Shown: in pieces, positions 1 through 9,941 of the stretch
Layout: each line of letters begins with the position of its first letter
Position numbering within the stretch: the first letter of the stretch is position 1
Source of the DNA: a virus
Reading direction: 5' to 3' (one strand)
Length of the DNA: 64,000 bases
IMG/VR virus record: IMGVR_UViG_3300029267_001718
Location: 15,594-79,593 of that record
Translations under genes and position numbers: made by a program
The notes under the pieces: generated by a model
Databases searched by the model: none
Told to the model about the DNA's origin: nothing
The model's input: the letters and a program-made list of their open reading frames with translations, nothing else

Positions 1-2385
1 TTGCAGCGATTGATGATTCTGAAATCGGCGGACGTGGACGCTCGCCGATACGCAGAACGCCAATTTGAACAGTGGTTGCGTGGTTTCTATCATCGCTGGT
101 TCGAAAAGATTTCCAGGCGTTTGACGCTGTCGGGATTCTTCTCGGCTGCGGTTCGGCACGCACATCTCATCAAAAGAGTTGGGGAGCCCATAAAAGAACG
201 TCGCAGGCGTGTGGACGACGCATTGGGGGAAATCTTCGACCCGATAGTCAACGAGCTATTTGGAGAATCTGAGCGGCGGATCTTCGCGTCGAAACATCGA
301 CCCTATTATCGGCTGATGTACGAGTTCGGGGCGGTGGAGGGTTTGCGGTCTATGGGGTTCAAGGCCACATCACGGCGTGTGAAGCATGTGGAAGACGTTG
401 CGAAGGCTGTTCGTCCGGACGGGACGGTTGTCTTTCAATTGACGGACAGCGAGCTAATACACTCTCTGGAGACGCGTACGATACGCGTCGGAAATGGACT
501 TGCCCCCGAAGTCGTCAAGGATGTTCGCGGGATGGTTCGCGACAACGTCTATTTGGGATCGGCGGACACTCAGGATATAGCCCGTATCGTGGCGAGCGGT
601 GATGGTGTTCCGGAATGGCGTGCGTTGAAAATCGCCCGCACGGAATCTCAGGCCGGATTCAACACAGCAAAAAACGAAATGTATAAGCGGTCGGGTGTGA
701 AGAAAAAGGAATGGTACACGGTCGGGGATAGTCGGGTCCGTCCTCCGCATTCGCTGAACGAAGCAACCGGGGCGATCCCCATGTCGTCACCTTTCCCGAG
801 CGGGCAAATGCACCCGGGAGACGGAGTTCTGTCGGTCAATTGCAGATGCTCAATGATGCCTGACTTATCTGATCCGAATCTATTGCTGGAGCCTTGGGAC
901 GGCGGTCCTGTGCCCATGCCAAAGGGAATCCCACCCGCTGATCTTCTCGGCGGGGCGAGACCCGCTGGAGCCCCGACAACTGAACCTCCGGTCTCGTTTT
1001 TGGATAAGCCCCCCGTCGAACTGCCGGATGACCGCGTAGCGTTGATAAAACTCCGCAATCGATTGGTTAAGGAAGGAACTGATCCTGACGCATTGGCAGC
1101 GGCGGAAGCGAAACTCGCAAAACTGCGTGCGGCTGATGATTTGGGACAACCGAAACCACCCCCGAAACCTAAGCCGACTCAAAAACCAACGGACGCAGAT
1201 CTCGACCGTGTGGGACTTGAACATGCCGAGGATCTCGGCGAAGAACACGCCAAACTTGCGAAACGTCCTGCTGACACCGACGAACTTCAGTGGGTCAAGG
1301 AAATGACCGAAGACGAGTTTGAGCACGTCGCTGGTTGGATCTACGGCGACGAGATGGGCGTGAATGGATCGTTCTGGACAGGGGACGAAGCCCTCACAGT
1401 GAAAGAAGCGGCGAAACGCTACTACAAACCTGTGCGTGACTCGATTGCTGCGGGTAAGCCGACGCCGGAAGCAAAAGTGTTTATGCGTGCGATTGAAAAG
1501 GGACGGGAAACTGCACCGTTTCGCGGCAAAGTTTATCGCGGTCTACACAATCTTACTGATGACCAATTGCAGGCATTTCAAAAAGGAAGCGTTGTTGAAC
1601 TCAATGCTCCAACGTCTTCGGCGGAGGGGATCGATCAAGCGTTGCGATTTGCGAAGGGTGAGTTTTCGGATCTCGCGTTGGGGAAGGGTAAGAATCCGGT
1701 CATTATGGAACTCCGCACGCGTACGGGCGTGCGTCTGCGGGAAGTCACGCGAAATTTCACGGGCGACATTTTGGATGAAGTGATTGTTCAAGGCAAGTAT
1801 CGTGTCGTTGGGGTGGTGGACGACGTTCGCGACGGATTCAAATTCAAGCGGGTTATTCTGGAGGAAGCAAAAGCGAAACCGAAACGTGCTCCACGTATCA
1901 AACTTTCAGAGGCGGTAGCCGAGGAAGCTGCGGAAGCTGGCGTGCACCCTACGGATCTTCGTGGATTTCTCGACGACATTTATGAGTCGGAAGTGCAATA
2001 CGTTCGTGAATACCAACAAGCGAAGGAAGGGATTCATCGGGCAACGAATTTGAAGGCATCGGATCTTGCACATCTGGAGAACCGTGGATTCGATCACGCG
2101 TCGAACATTCCAGGCAAACTCGGTGAACGCGTTGCACGGTTGGACGTTCAAGCGTCGTCGCTCGCACGCGAATATCCGATCTTGGAGTTAGGTGACCCTG
2201 ATAGTCCGACTGCGGATCTAACTGCGGCGTTGTGGGATAAGTTGCGGGAATCGAAACCGCTCATTCCGAAGAAAACTGATCCCGAGCTATTGCGGCAAGC
2301 ATCACAACTGGCGTACGACGCGGGAAGTCGTTCGGGTCAATCCATTGGGCAAGCGGTTGAACTTGTTGAGGAAATTCCTTTCTAA
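1..2385 (+). CDS. Phage head morphogenesis protein (MuF/SPP1 gp7 family) fused to a C-terminal ADP-ribosyltransferase-like domain; 5' end may lie outside the window
   Basis: MuF motifs IARTE...KKEWYTVGDSRVRPPH...HPG...NCRC; Pro-rich linker; ART R-S-E motifs VYRG...PTSS...DEVIV; lies upstream of protease and capsid. Confidence 0.8.
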   Translation: MQRLMILKSADVDARRYAERQFEQWLRGFYHRWFEKISRRLTLSGFFSAAVRHAHLIKRVGEPIKERRRRVDDALGEIFDPIVNELFGESERRIFASKHRPYYRLMYEFGAVEGLRSMGFKATSRRVKHVEDVAKAVRPDGTVVFQLTDSELIHSLETRTIRVGNGLAPEVVKDVRGMVRDNVYLGSADTQDIARIVASGDGVPEWRALKIARTESQAGFNTAKNEMYKRSGVKKKEWYTVGDSRVRPPHSLNEATGAIPMSSPFPSGQMHPGDGVLSVNCRCSMMPDLSDPNLLLEPWDGGPVPMPKGIPPADLLGGARPAGAPTTEPPVSFLDKPPVELPDDRVALIKLRNRLVKEGTDPDALAAAEAKLAKLRAADDLGQPKPPPKPKPTQKPTDADLDRVGLEHAEDLGEEHAKLAKRPADTDELQWVKEMTEDEFEHVAGWIYGDEMGVNGSFWTGDEALTVKEAAKRYYKPVRDSIAAGKPTPEAKVFMRAIEKGRETAPFRGKVYRGLHNLTDDQLQAFQKGSVVELNAPTSSAEGIDQALRFAKGEFSDLALGKGKNPVIMELRTRTGVRLREVTRNFTGDILDEVIVQGKYRVVGVVDDVRDGFKFKRVILEEAKAKPKRAPRIKLSEAVAEEAAEAGVHPTDLRGFLDDIYESEVQYVREYQQAKEGIHRATNLKASDLAHLENRGFDHASNIPGKLGERVARLDVQASSLAREYPILELGDPDSPTADLTAALWDKLRESKPLIPKKTDPELLRQASQLAYDAGSRSGQSIGQAVELVEEIPF

Positions 2386-2533
2386 CTTCTTAGCGTGTAG
2401 GTGGTTACGATGGCGGACACGCCGAATCCAAACGAGCGACGGTACGGTGAGCGGTTTGGTGACTCTGGGGAAGATCTGGCTACGTTTTATCGCGTGCGTG
2501 CACCCGGGGACACTGAAAAATCTGAAGAATCTC

Positions 2534-2562
2534 TTGACGAGCGTTCTGACAATCCTTAGATT
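2534..2562 (+). promoter_or_regulatory. Sigma70-type promoter for the head operon
   Basis: TTGACG-17 bp-TAGATT upstream of the ATG at 2591. Confidence 0.6.
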
Positions 2563-2590
2563 AAGGGCAACTCTTGCCGAGGGTGGGTCT

Positions 2591-4192
2591 ATGCCAAGCG
2601 AATTAGTACGTGAACTTCTACGTGTCCCTGCTGCTATTCCAGTGGCGGTGGTTCCCTCTGATCCTGAAGCCGATACTGTAACGGTGAAGGGATTTGCATC
2701 GGTTGAAATCGAAGACCGTTCGGGCGATCTTGTTGCTCCGGAGGAATTCGATATCGATCAATTCATGGCAGCACCGAGCCTGATGGTCAACCACAAACTG
2801 TGGGTAGACCCTATGGGCAACGGAGTGGCCGTTGGTCGTCCGATGGAAATGTACGCGTCGAAACTCGTCGACATTGGTAGTGACGACAATTGGGGCGTGT
2901 ACGATCTGAAGACACGCGAACTCGTCAACGAATATCCGAAGGTCAAAGTCCCGAAACTCAAAGCGGGGGATCGCGGGCTGTTCGTTGTGGTCGAAGTGAC
3001 CGAGTACGATGTCGTGAAGATGGTCAAACGTGGCGAACTGTCTTCCTTCTCTTGGCGTGGTCTAGTTCAAGTCGACTACCAAACAAATCCGGACGGCACT
3101 GTTTCCCGGGTGCTGAAGAACATCGATCTCTACGAAATTTCCCTCGTGAACGTAGCGGACAATCCGAGTTCGACGTTTATGGTCGGGAAAATGGTGGCGG
3201 GGAAATTCGAAGGTGAGCCGTCCGAGGATACCTTGGCGGTTCACGTCGTTCGACTTGACAAGAGTCGCTTCGAAACTGAAGTAATGGCTCTTGAATATCT
3301 GAAGAATCACGATTTGGATTCTGAATCTGTGCGGTCGACTGACGAGGCATGGTTCGCACGTCAAAAACCCGCCGACGATTTCAGCAGTCTGAACGATCTT
3401 GTATCTGTGAAAATGAGCGACGGCGTTTTCGTTGTAGCTGGCCCGCTCACTGCCAGATTCTCTCCGCGTAAGGGTTTGAAAGATCCGCAACAACACTGGA
3501 TCGGTCAACTCCTTGGGAGTGAAGCTGCCGAAAATCTGACCAATTTGTATTCGCCTGGATCGGCTGGCGAGGACGCATCGAAAGATGGTCATACTTCATC
3601 CGCAAAGGAGAAAACGATGGCGGACGACGCTGCGGACAAGGGCCAGACGGACGATCAAACCGACGCTGGCGAAGACAAGGAAACCACCGAAACGCAGGAA
3701 ACCCAAACCGACGTGGAAAAGGGTCTTGCGAAATTGGCGGACGACGTTTCGACGAAAACGGCCAAGGCCGTCGCCGAAGCAATCGAGCCGCTGTTCGGCG
3801 GAGTTACCGAATCCCTCAAAACCGTCTCGACTGGACTGGAGCAAATTTCGTCCAAGATGGCGACGGTCGAACCCGACGCGGACACCGAGACCGCGACGAA
3901 GGACGCAGACGAAACGGAAACCGAAACGGACGAAACGGAAAATACGGAAGACACGGAAACGGAACCCGATGGCGACACCAAGACCATCGAGAAAACGTTG
4001 GCGGGACTCACCGATGGTCTCACCAAACTGAACGACAAGGTCGCGGAAGTTGCGAAGACCGCCGAGGGTCTCGCGAAAGCCGCCCCTTCCGGAACCGAAC
4101 GGGACGAGAAAGTCGAAACCGAAAAGACCGGCGAGAAAGACCCGAACAACTGCTTCGACAGCACGTTCGCGTTCCTCGGCGGATCGGAGTAA
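2591..4192 (+). CDS. HK97-family prohead protease with C-terminal acidic scaffolding region
   Basis: VKGFASVEIEDRSGDLV...NH...LSSFSWRG...LYEISLVNVADNP; acidic coiled-coil C-terminus; directly precedes the capsid gene. Confidence 0.85.
   Translation: MPSELVRELLRVPAAIPVAVVPSDPEADTVTVKGFASVEIEDRSGDLVAPEEFDIDQFMAAPSLMVNHKLWVDPMGNGVAVGRPMEMYASKLVDIGSDDNWGVYDLKTRELVNEYPKVKVPKLKAGDRGLFVVVEVTEYDVVKMVKRGELSSFSWRGLVQVDYQTNPDGTVSRVLKNIDLYEISLVNVADNPSSTFMVGKMVAGKFEGEPSEDTLAVHVVRLDKSRFETEVMALEYLKNHDLDSESVRSTDEAWFARQKPADDFSSLNDLVSVKMSDGVFVVAGPLTARFSPRKGLKDPQQHWIGQLLGSEAAENLTNLYSPGSAGEDASKDGHTSSAKEKTMADDAADKGQTDDQTDAGEDKETTETQETQTDVEKGLAKLADDVSTKTAKAVAEAIEPLFGGVTESLKTVSTGLEQISSKMATVEPDADTETATKDADETETETDETENTEDTETEPDGDTKTIEKTLAGLTDGLTKLNDKVAEVAKTAEGLAKAAPSGTERDEKVETEKTGEKDPNNCFDSTFAFLGGSE
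3617..4192 (+). CDS. Nested in-frame scaffolding protein (internal start)
   Basis: AAGGAG 6 nt before an in-frame ATG at 3617 (MADDAADK...); composition switches to D/E/T-rich here. Confidence 0.6.
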   Translation: MADDAADKGQTDDQTDAGEDKETTETQETQTDVEKGLAKLADDVSTKTAKAVAEAIEPLFGGVTESLKTVSTGLEQISSKMATVEPDADTETATKDADETETETDETENTEDTETEPDGDTKTIEKTLAGLTDGLTKLNDKVAEVAKTAEGLAKAAPSGTERDEKVETEKTGEKDPNNCFDSTFAFLGGSE

Positions 4193-4250
4193 CGTCCTCG
4201 GAGCCGGATCGTATTTTCCGAAAATCAACCTCCATTTAAGGAGATAAACT

Positions 4251-5267
4251 GTGGGTTCTGAAATCAAGCTGCCGTTGGATCAACTCATGCAGAAGTCGGC
4301 AATCGACGAGACTTCGCTGCCGAACTCTGTGTTGAACCGTCAGCAAGCGAATCGCTTCATCGATCTCGTTGTCAACGAGTCGGTGTTGCTCCAAGAAATT
4401 CGCGTCGTGCGGACGAACAACTCCAAGGGCGAAATCAACAAGTTGGATCTCGGTACGATTGTGACCGAGGGTGCACACACGACGAGTCGTGCATCGACGC
4501 GGACTCCCACCGAGTCGGTTGTCACCTACGACATGGAAAAGTATCGGTCGGCGTTCGATCTGAAGACCGATTTCATGGAAGACAACCTGGAACGGTCGGG
4601 CATTCGCGACACGCTTCTGAGCATGTTCACGAAGCGGATCGCAATCGACACCGAACTCGCGAGCATCGAAGGCGACGACTCTTTGCCCACTGGCGACAGC
4701 CAAACGGCGGAGAACAACCTTCTCGGCGTGAACGATGGCTTCAGCAAGATTCTGGGTGCGGAAGTTCCCGCTGCTCAGATCCTCGACGCTGGCGGTGCGG
4801 CTCCGTCCAAGAAGCTGTACTACGACGCCAAACGTCTCGTGCCGAGTCGCTACCGAGCGGCCAAACCCAACTACGTTTGGATCGTGCCGAGCGGTCCTGC
4901 GGATAAGTGGTCTCTCGACTGGAGCGACCGCGAAACTGCGGGCGGCGATGCAGCGATGCGGTTCAACAACCTCAAGTCGCGGATGCAGCCGGGACCGTGG
5001 GGCATTCCGATGTTGGAAGTCCCTCTCATGCCCGAGAATCTGTCGTTCGGCACTGCCGGGACGGACGGGAGCGAGATTTGGCTGACTCCGCTCAAGAACC
5101 TCGTCTACTTCGTGAAGCGTGACATCACAATCGAGTTCGACCGACAACCGCGAGCCGACGTTTGGGAAGTGACGATCCACTTCCGCGTGGACTTCGAAGT
5201 CGAAGAACCCGAAATGGTCGTCATCATTCAGAACGTCAGCATGAGTGGATCGGACTACACGGGCTAA
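4251..5267 (+). CDS. Major capsid protein (HK97 fold)
   Basis: 338 aa, AAGGAG RBS, position after protease/scaffold; LNRQQANRFID...DFMEDNLE...IEGD...NDGF pattern; followed by a strong hairpin. Confidence 0.85.
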   Translation: MGSEIKLPLDQLMQKSAIDETSLPNSVLNRQQANRFIDLVVNESVLLQEIRVVRTNNSKGEINKLDLGTIVTEGAHTTSRASTRTPTESVVTYDMEKYRSAFDLKTDFMEDNLERSGIRDTLLSMFTKRIAIDTELASIEGDDSLPTGDSQTAENNLLGVNDGFSKILGAEVPAAQILDAGGAAPSKKLYYDAKRLVPSRYRAAKPNYVWIVPSGPADKWSLDWSDRETAGGDAAMRFNNLKSRMQPGPWGIPMLEVPLMPENLSFGTAGTDGSEIWLTPLKNLVYFVKRDITIEFDRQPRADVWEVTIHFRVDFEVEEPEMVVIIQNVSMSGSDYTG

Positions 5268-5315
5268 CCCGTCTTTCGATTCGCCAAGCAGGGGTTCCTA
5301 CCTATCCGAACCTTC

Positions 5316-5356
5316 AAGGGCTCGGCGGGGTTTATCCCTGTCGAGCCCTTTGCTTT
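5316..5356 (+). terminator. Strong hairpin / probable intrinsic terminator after capsid gene
   Basis: AAGGGCTCGGCGGGG...CCCTGTCGAGCCCTT followed by TGCTTT. Confidence 0.6.
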
Positions 5357-5367
5357 AGGAGTTCGAA

Positions 5368-6567
5368 GTGGACGGGTTTCGGCACATTACGAAAGCGTCG
5401 GAGCCCTTAGTTGAACTGCCGGATGATTGGTCTTGCAAACGGATCTGTCTGAGGTTCACTGGAGGAATCGGCGATGTGCTCATGGCAATCGGCGGGACAG
5501 CGAAAATGCTGAAGTCCCGCGAGTGCCATGTGACTGCTGCCGTTATGCCTCACATTCGCGGACTTGCGAAGCAACTGATCGGCGTAGATGACACGATTGA
5601 AACCACCGCTCTCAACTCTCCCGAGACACGTTTCAGCTTCGACATTGTCATCGAATTCAAGCGTGTGTTGAACCACATGCGATCATTGCGTGCGGAGGAC
5701 TATTACAAACTCATCAGCGAACGTGTAGGGCGTACGGTCGAACCCGGGCAACTGCGGATCGAATACGCTCCGGAATTCCACGAGAACGCTCAAGTGATCG
5801 CGTTGCATCCTGGGGCGTCGAATCCAAACCGTCGCTGGAGTGAGGAACGTTGGGAAGAACTAGCCACGAAGTTGGTCGCTCGCGGGCTATTTGTAATCTG
5901 GTTGGGACCGAAGGATGAGTTTGGATTCACGAATGAACGGATGTTCAAGGCAAGCGACAAATCGGATTGTCTCGTGGATCAATCGAAACTATTAGCAAGC
6001 AGTCATTTTTTCATAGGAAACGATTCTGGTTTCTGTCACGTAGCGGGTTTGTTGGGCGTGCCAGGGTGTGTCATTTTTTCGGCGACTCATCCCGACACTG
6101 TCATCAAGCATTATCCGCTATTAACAGGGGTGCACGCGTTTGATAAGTTGGGGATCGAACCGACACGGAGCCTCGATGTTAAAGATTCCGTCTCGTTGTG
6201 GGCAGCTGACTCGGTGCTAGTTGACGAGGTTTTGAATTCAACACCTTACGGCGATTGGCCCGAAGTCGTGAAACCGCCAAGCGGTGAACGACACGCGACA
6301 CGACATACACTGTTGGCATTGGAGCCGACGACACTGAAGGCCGCAAGCTACTTGGATGATTTGGAGGAATTTTTCGGCATTCATCGTTTTCCGACACTTC
6401 CGGACGACTGGAGCGGATTCGACGCAGTAGTCACGGTGGATGTTCCGAATACAACACTATTCAACGGTGAACCGTGGAAGCCGAACGTTTACCTGTCGAC
6501 GGCACAACCCATCGAAGTTGCTCGGCGAATGATTCGCGAAGTCATAAATTCCGAGGATGTGCAATGA
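5368..6567 (+). CDS. Glycosyltransferase family 9 (heptosyltransferase-like)
   Basis: GGIGDVLM...IALHPGASNPNRRW...FIGNDSGFCHVAGLLGVP. Confidence 0.85.
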   Translation: MDGFRHITKASEPLVELPDDWSCKRICLRFTGGIGDVLMAIGGTAKMLKSRECHVTAAVMPHIRGLAKQLIGVDDTIETTALNSPETRFSFDIVIEFKRVLNHMRSLRAEDYYKLISERVGRTVEPGQLRIEYAPEFHENAQVIALHPGASNPNRRWSEERWEELATKLVARGLFVIWLGPKDEFGFTNERMFKASDKSDCLVDQSKLLASSHFFIGNDSGFCHVAGLLGVPGCVIFSATHPDTVIKHYPLLTGVHAFDKLGIEPTRSLDVKDSVSLWAADSVLVDEVLNSTPYGDWPEVVKPPSGERHATRHTLLALEPTTLKAASYLDDLEEFFGIHRFPTLPDDWSGFDAVVTVDVPNTTLFNGEPWKPNVYLSTAQPIEVARRMIREVINSEDVQ

Positions 6568-6929
6568 GTGACGCAGCTGCAAATACAAATGATTCGGTAT
6601 TCTCCAAAGAGGCTTGTGACAATCGCCACAAGGAACTGGAGAAAACGATGGCAACCCGACACACTTTCAATAAGTGGATGTTGAGTATCATCCTTGGCAT
6701 GATGACGCTGTTCGTCGCGGGGGCGGGCGTGTCTGTATTCAAGGGTGGCGTTGCTCACGATAAAGCGACCAGTGTCGAATACAAATTGGAAGCAAGCAAG
6801 GAGGTTTTGTCTCAACAAATAACCTCCGTTAAGGAAGACGTGACTGAGATCAAGGAAGACATGGCAAAACAAACTCGCATGATTGAGGAAATCTGGCGAA
6901 ACGGACACCTTCGGGAAGCGGAAAATTGA
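6564..6929 (+). CDS. Single-TM membrane protein with coiled coil (holin-like/unknown)
   Basis: Hydrophobic segment WMLSIILGMMTLFVAGAGVSVF followed by heptad repeats. Confidence 0.5.
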   Translation: MSDAAANTNDSVFSKEACDNRHKELEKTMATRHTFNKWMLSIILGMMTLFVAGAGVSVFKGGVAHDKATSVEYKLEASKEVLSQQITSVKEDVTEIKEDMAKQTRMIEEIWRNGHLREAEN

Positions 6930-7082
6930 TTAGCGGAATTCTCAAAGGGAAATTGCGTAGGATCGCTGCGGGGGACACTTGGAGTGGGACTAACGAAAGT
7001 GCTCCTGGGTTGTTGGAATTGGATTTTCATTTCCCGATTGATACTGAAGGATCTCGACAGGAGTTTGTAAAATAAGGAGTGA

Positions 7083-7370
7083 ATGATGCCGAACACTGGC
7101 ACGCAAACGTTGACAGCTTCCGAGGATCTGATTTTCAAAGATCCAGCTGGTTGCACGTCCTATTCGATCAAAAACTTGAGTTCGTCGGCGGGCAACGCTC
7201 AGATTCACGTGGACACGCTTCACGACGATGGTGAGTTCTTCGAAATTGAGCCCGGGGATGAGTACATTTTCCGACTCAATCATTTGGGGATTCGCCGAAT
7301 CACGGGCAAGGCTCCGAGTGGTGCTGACATTCTCAAAGGGGTTGTCGCGAAGACCGTACCCGAAGGCTAA
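7083..7370 (+). CDS. Hypothetical virion-associated protein
   Basis: AAGGAG RBS; coupled to the next gene (TAATG). Confidence 0.55.
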   Translation: MMPNTGTQTLTASEDLIFKDPAGCTSYSIKNLSSSAGNAQIHVDTLHDDGEFFEIEPGDEYIFRLNHLGIRRITGKAPSGADILKGVVAKTVPEG

Positions 7371-8134
7371 TGTCTGATGCTCTTGCTACAGGATTGGCAA
7401 CGCATCGAAACAAGATGCGTCCGTACCCACCACCGTTCAAGACTGGCCTAGTCGGATGGTGGGACGCTGCCGATCTGTCTACGATCACGGAGTCGGGCGG
7501 AAAAGTCAGTCAATTCGATGACAAATCAGGTCTCGGCAATCATCTTGTGCAGGGGACGGGGGCGAATCAACCAAGCACCGGATTAGTGACTCGTAATTCT
7601 CTGAACACTCTCTACTTCGCGGGCGGAAACAACGCAGTCGGAAGTTGGATTCGGAAACTCGGTTTCAACCAAACGAGTGCTCAAGAATTCTTTGTCGTGT
7701 TTCAACCGTACAGCACGCAACCGTTGGGCGGAATTGCGGGATTGTGGTCGGCGGATAATGACCGAGGTAACGTGCGAGCTAGTGCTGCAGGACTTCGGTT
7801 TCGATACAACAATGATGTTGTGATCCCGGGAGCCCCGGGCGACAAAAACGAATTGGGGCATCAAACCGGCGAGTGGAATCCGAACGGCACAATCGGTAGC
7901 GTGGTGACAGATCTTGACATAGCAAATGATGTGTGGTCACGCGTGCACATGACACGAGGAAATCCAGATAGCGGTGGGAGCGTTTACACGACGTTTCGAC
8001 TCGGCGGGGACAAGGTTGCAGGCGGACGACACTTGCGTTTTGATTTTGCTGAGTTGCTGATCTACAATCAAACTCTGACGACAGCGGAGCGTGCGGAAAC
8101 TGATCTTTACCTCCGACTGAAGTGGGCATTATGA
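7370..8134 (+). CDS. ConA/LamG-like beta-sandwich virion protein, paralog 1
   Basis: LATGLAT leader; WWDAADLSTITESGGKVSQFDDKSG; C-terminal ELLIYNQTLT...YLRLKW. Confidence 0.6.
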   Translation: MSDALATGLATHRNKMRPYPPPFKTGLVGWWDAADLSTITESGGKVSQFDDKSGLGNHLVQGTGANQPSTGLVTRNSLNTLYFAGGNNAVGSWIRKLGFNQTSAQEFFVVFQPYSTQPLGGIAGLWSADNDRGNVRASAAGLRFRYNNDVVIPGAPGDKNELGHQTGEWNPNGTIGSVVTDLDIANDVWSRVHMTRGNPDSGGSVYTTFRLGGDKVAGGRHLRFDFAELLIYNQTLTTAERAETDLYLRLKWAL

Positions 8135-8847
8135 GCGACGGACTTGCAACTGGACTGGCGACTTCGAAAGGTGGGAAGGGATTGAAGAGTCCCAAAGTCC
8201 TGGCCGATCTGCTTGCGTGGTATGATGCTCAAGACTTGGGTACAATCACCGAAGCTGCGGGGAAAGTTTCGCAGTGGGATGATAAGTCAGGCAACGGATA
8301 CCATGTGTCGCAAGGTGCGGGTGCGAATCAGCCAAGTCTGAGCACCTTAAACGGTTTGAGTGCGATTGAATTTGTGAAAGCGAACAACACGCACTTGGAT
8401 GGGGTGAGTTGGTCGCCGCAGTCGCCTACAACGATATTCCTTGTGTATGAGCTTACAAGCCCATTGAATAGTGCGTTTGGACGAGTGTTCTGGGGCGGGA
8501 GTGATGACAGACTTCGATACCAGAAACGAAGCGGCAGTAATGCACATGGGCGTTGGATGCACGAGAATAGCTCGATCAACGGTTCATCGTTTAGCACCGA
8601 TCCTGAGTACGCTTCGCTTGTCTATAATGCGGCGAGTAGTTTTGGACGAGTCAACGGTGTGCAAGACTTGTCGGGAAATGTGGGAACGAGGACACCTTCT
8701 GCAACAGGGTTGTCGATTGGTGCGGAGGCTGACGGATCAATTGCCCTTGATTTTACGTTGGGAGAATTCATCTGGTACGATAGACTTCTCACTGATAACG
8801 AGATTTTGCTGATGGAAACTTATCTCGCGAATCGTTGGGGTATTTGA
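8131..8847 (+). CDS. ConA/LamG-like beta-sandwich virion protein, paralog 2
   Basis: LATGLAT leader; WYDAQDLGTITEAAGKVSQWDDKSG; EFIWYDRLLT...YLANRWGI. Confidence 0.6.
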   Translation: MSDGLATGLATSKGGKGLKSPKVLADLLAWYDAQDLGTITEAAGKVSQWDDKSGNGYHVSQGAGANQPSLSTLNGLSAIEFVKANNTHLDGVSWSPQSPTTIFLVYELTSPLNSAFGRVFWGGSDDRLRYQKRSGSNAHGRWMHENSSINGSSFSTDPEYASLVYNAASSFGRVNGVQDLSGNVGTRTPSATGLSIGAEADGSIALDFTLGEFIWYDRLLTDNEILLMETYLANRWGI

Positions 8848-9581
8848 TGGATGAGTTAGGACTGGCAACTGGAATCGCGGTACGACGCTCGGAGTCTCGC
8901 TGGAGATCTCTGATGCGTTCTGTAGTGATTGGTTGGTGGGATGCGTCTGACTTGTCCACAATTACGGAAGCCGCTGGAAAGGTGAGCCAACTCGATGACA
9001 AATCGGGCAACGGTAATCACATGACGCAAGCGAGCGGGAGTCTGCAACCCACGACAGGAACGCGAAGTCAAAATGGTTTGAACGTTCTCGATTTTGTTCC
9101 GAGCAATCGGTTGGCGAGTCCGTTACATCCAACGAAACCACATACCATGTTTGCGGTGGGAAAAGGCGACGGCGGCGTAGCCAATGCATTTGACGACGGG
9201 TTTTTGGCGGCACGTTGGAAGAACGGGATCGATCATCATATTTCGTTCAATCAGCGGGGGTGGGGGCGATTTCAAAACGGGCAAAATAACATGGTAGCGG
9301 CTGACGCTACAGTACCTCGATTGCTGAGTGGTTCGGAAGTATCTGGCGGTTCTCCTAATGCTCGTGCGTGGTTGAACGGAAGTTTGATCGGCACAAATAG
9401 CGGAGCGACGTTGGATTGGAACGCGAATCTCCGTTGGGGACTTGGCGGACCAGCCCCGTTGCCCCTATCGAGACACTATTTGAATGGATGGATCGGAGAG
9501 GCTATAATCTGTAGTGTTGAATTGGCGGACGCGGATCGCCAACTGTTTGAGAATTATCTCTTAACGAAGTGGGGTATCTGA
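8847..9581 (+). CDS. ConA/LamG-like beta-sandwich virion protein, paralog 3
   Basis: LATGIA leader; WWDASDLSTITEAAGKVSQLDDKSG; EAIICSVEL...YLLTKWGI. Confidence 0.6.
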   Translation: MDELGLATGIAVRRSESRWRSLMRSVVIGWWDASDLSTITEAAGKVSQLDDKSGNGNHMTQASGSLQPTTGTRSQNGLNVLDFVPSNRLASPLHPTKPHTMFAVGKGDGGVANAFDDGFLAARWKNGIDHHISFNQRGWGRFQNGQNNMVAADATVPRLLSGSEVSGGSPNARAWLNGSLIGTNSGATLDWNANLRWGLGGPAPLPLSRHYLNGWIGEAIICSVELADADRQLFENYLLTKWGI

Positions 9582-9940
9582 TGCTTGCCTACGTCTTTGC
9601 GACTGAAGCCGATGCGAATACTGCAGTCCCTCAAATTGAGGCGGCGATGCGTGGTATCTTGGCGAGTGTGGGATTCACGATTGACGAGGATGGTCACCTA
9701 GTCGGGAAGCGTGCTTCGACGGGTGAGGATCGTCCGGACGCACAACACACGGAGAAGTGGGGAGATCCGTTTATTTTGACGGACGGGAAGTGGGCGATTG
9801 CTTCCTACCGTGAGAATTTCTCACGTGAGGTTGAGGGCGTTCCGCTCTGGCAAAACATCGATGCTGCGATCACGGTAGCATTCAATCATAAGGACGTGTC
9901 GGATCTCATTCCGATACCTCCGGAGTACCCCGAGGACTGA
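9581..9940 (+). CDS. Hypothetical protein
   Basis: TGATG coupling with the upstream gene; fills the gap to the connector gene. Confidence 0.55.
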   Translation: MLAYVFATEADANTAVPQIEAAMRGILASVGFTIDEDGHLVGKRASTGEDRPDAQHTEKWGDPFILTDGKWAIASYRENFSREVEGVPLWQNIDAAITVAFNHKDVSDLIPIPPEYPED

Positions 9941-9941
9941 C

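Noticed and set aside
3860-3970. GAAACGGA-type repeats in the scaffold gene (also 48650-48910)
   Set aside because: They simply encode low-complexity E/T/D linkers
6971-6978. GGGGACAC half-sites (also near 37166, 54531, 59612)
   Set aside because: They lack the left arm, so are not counted as full copies; some could arise by chance
7370-9581. Diversity-generating retroelement acting on the three paralogs
   Set aside because: No reverse transcriptase in the window and no near-identical TR/VR pair differing only at adenines
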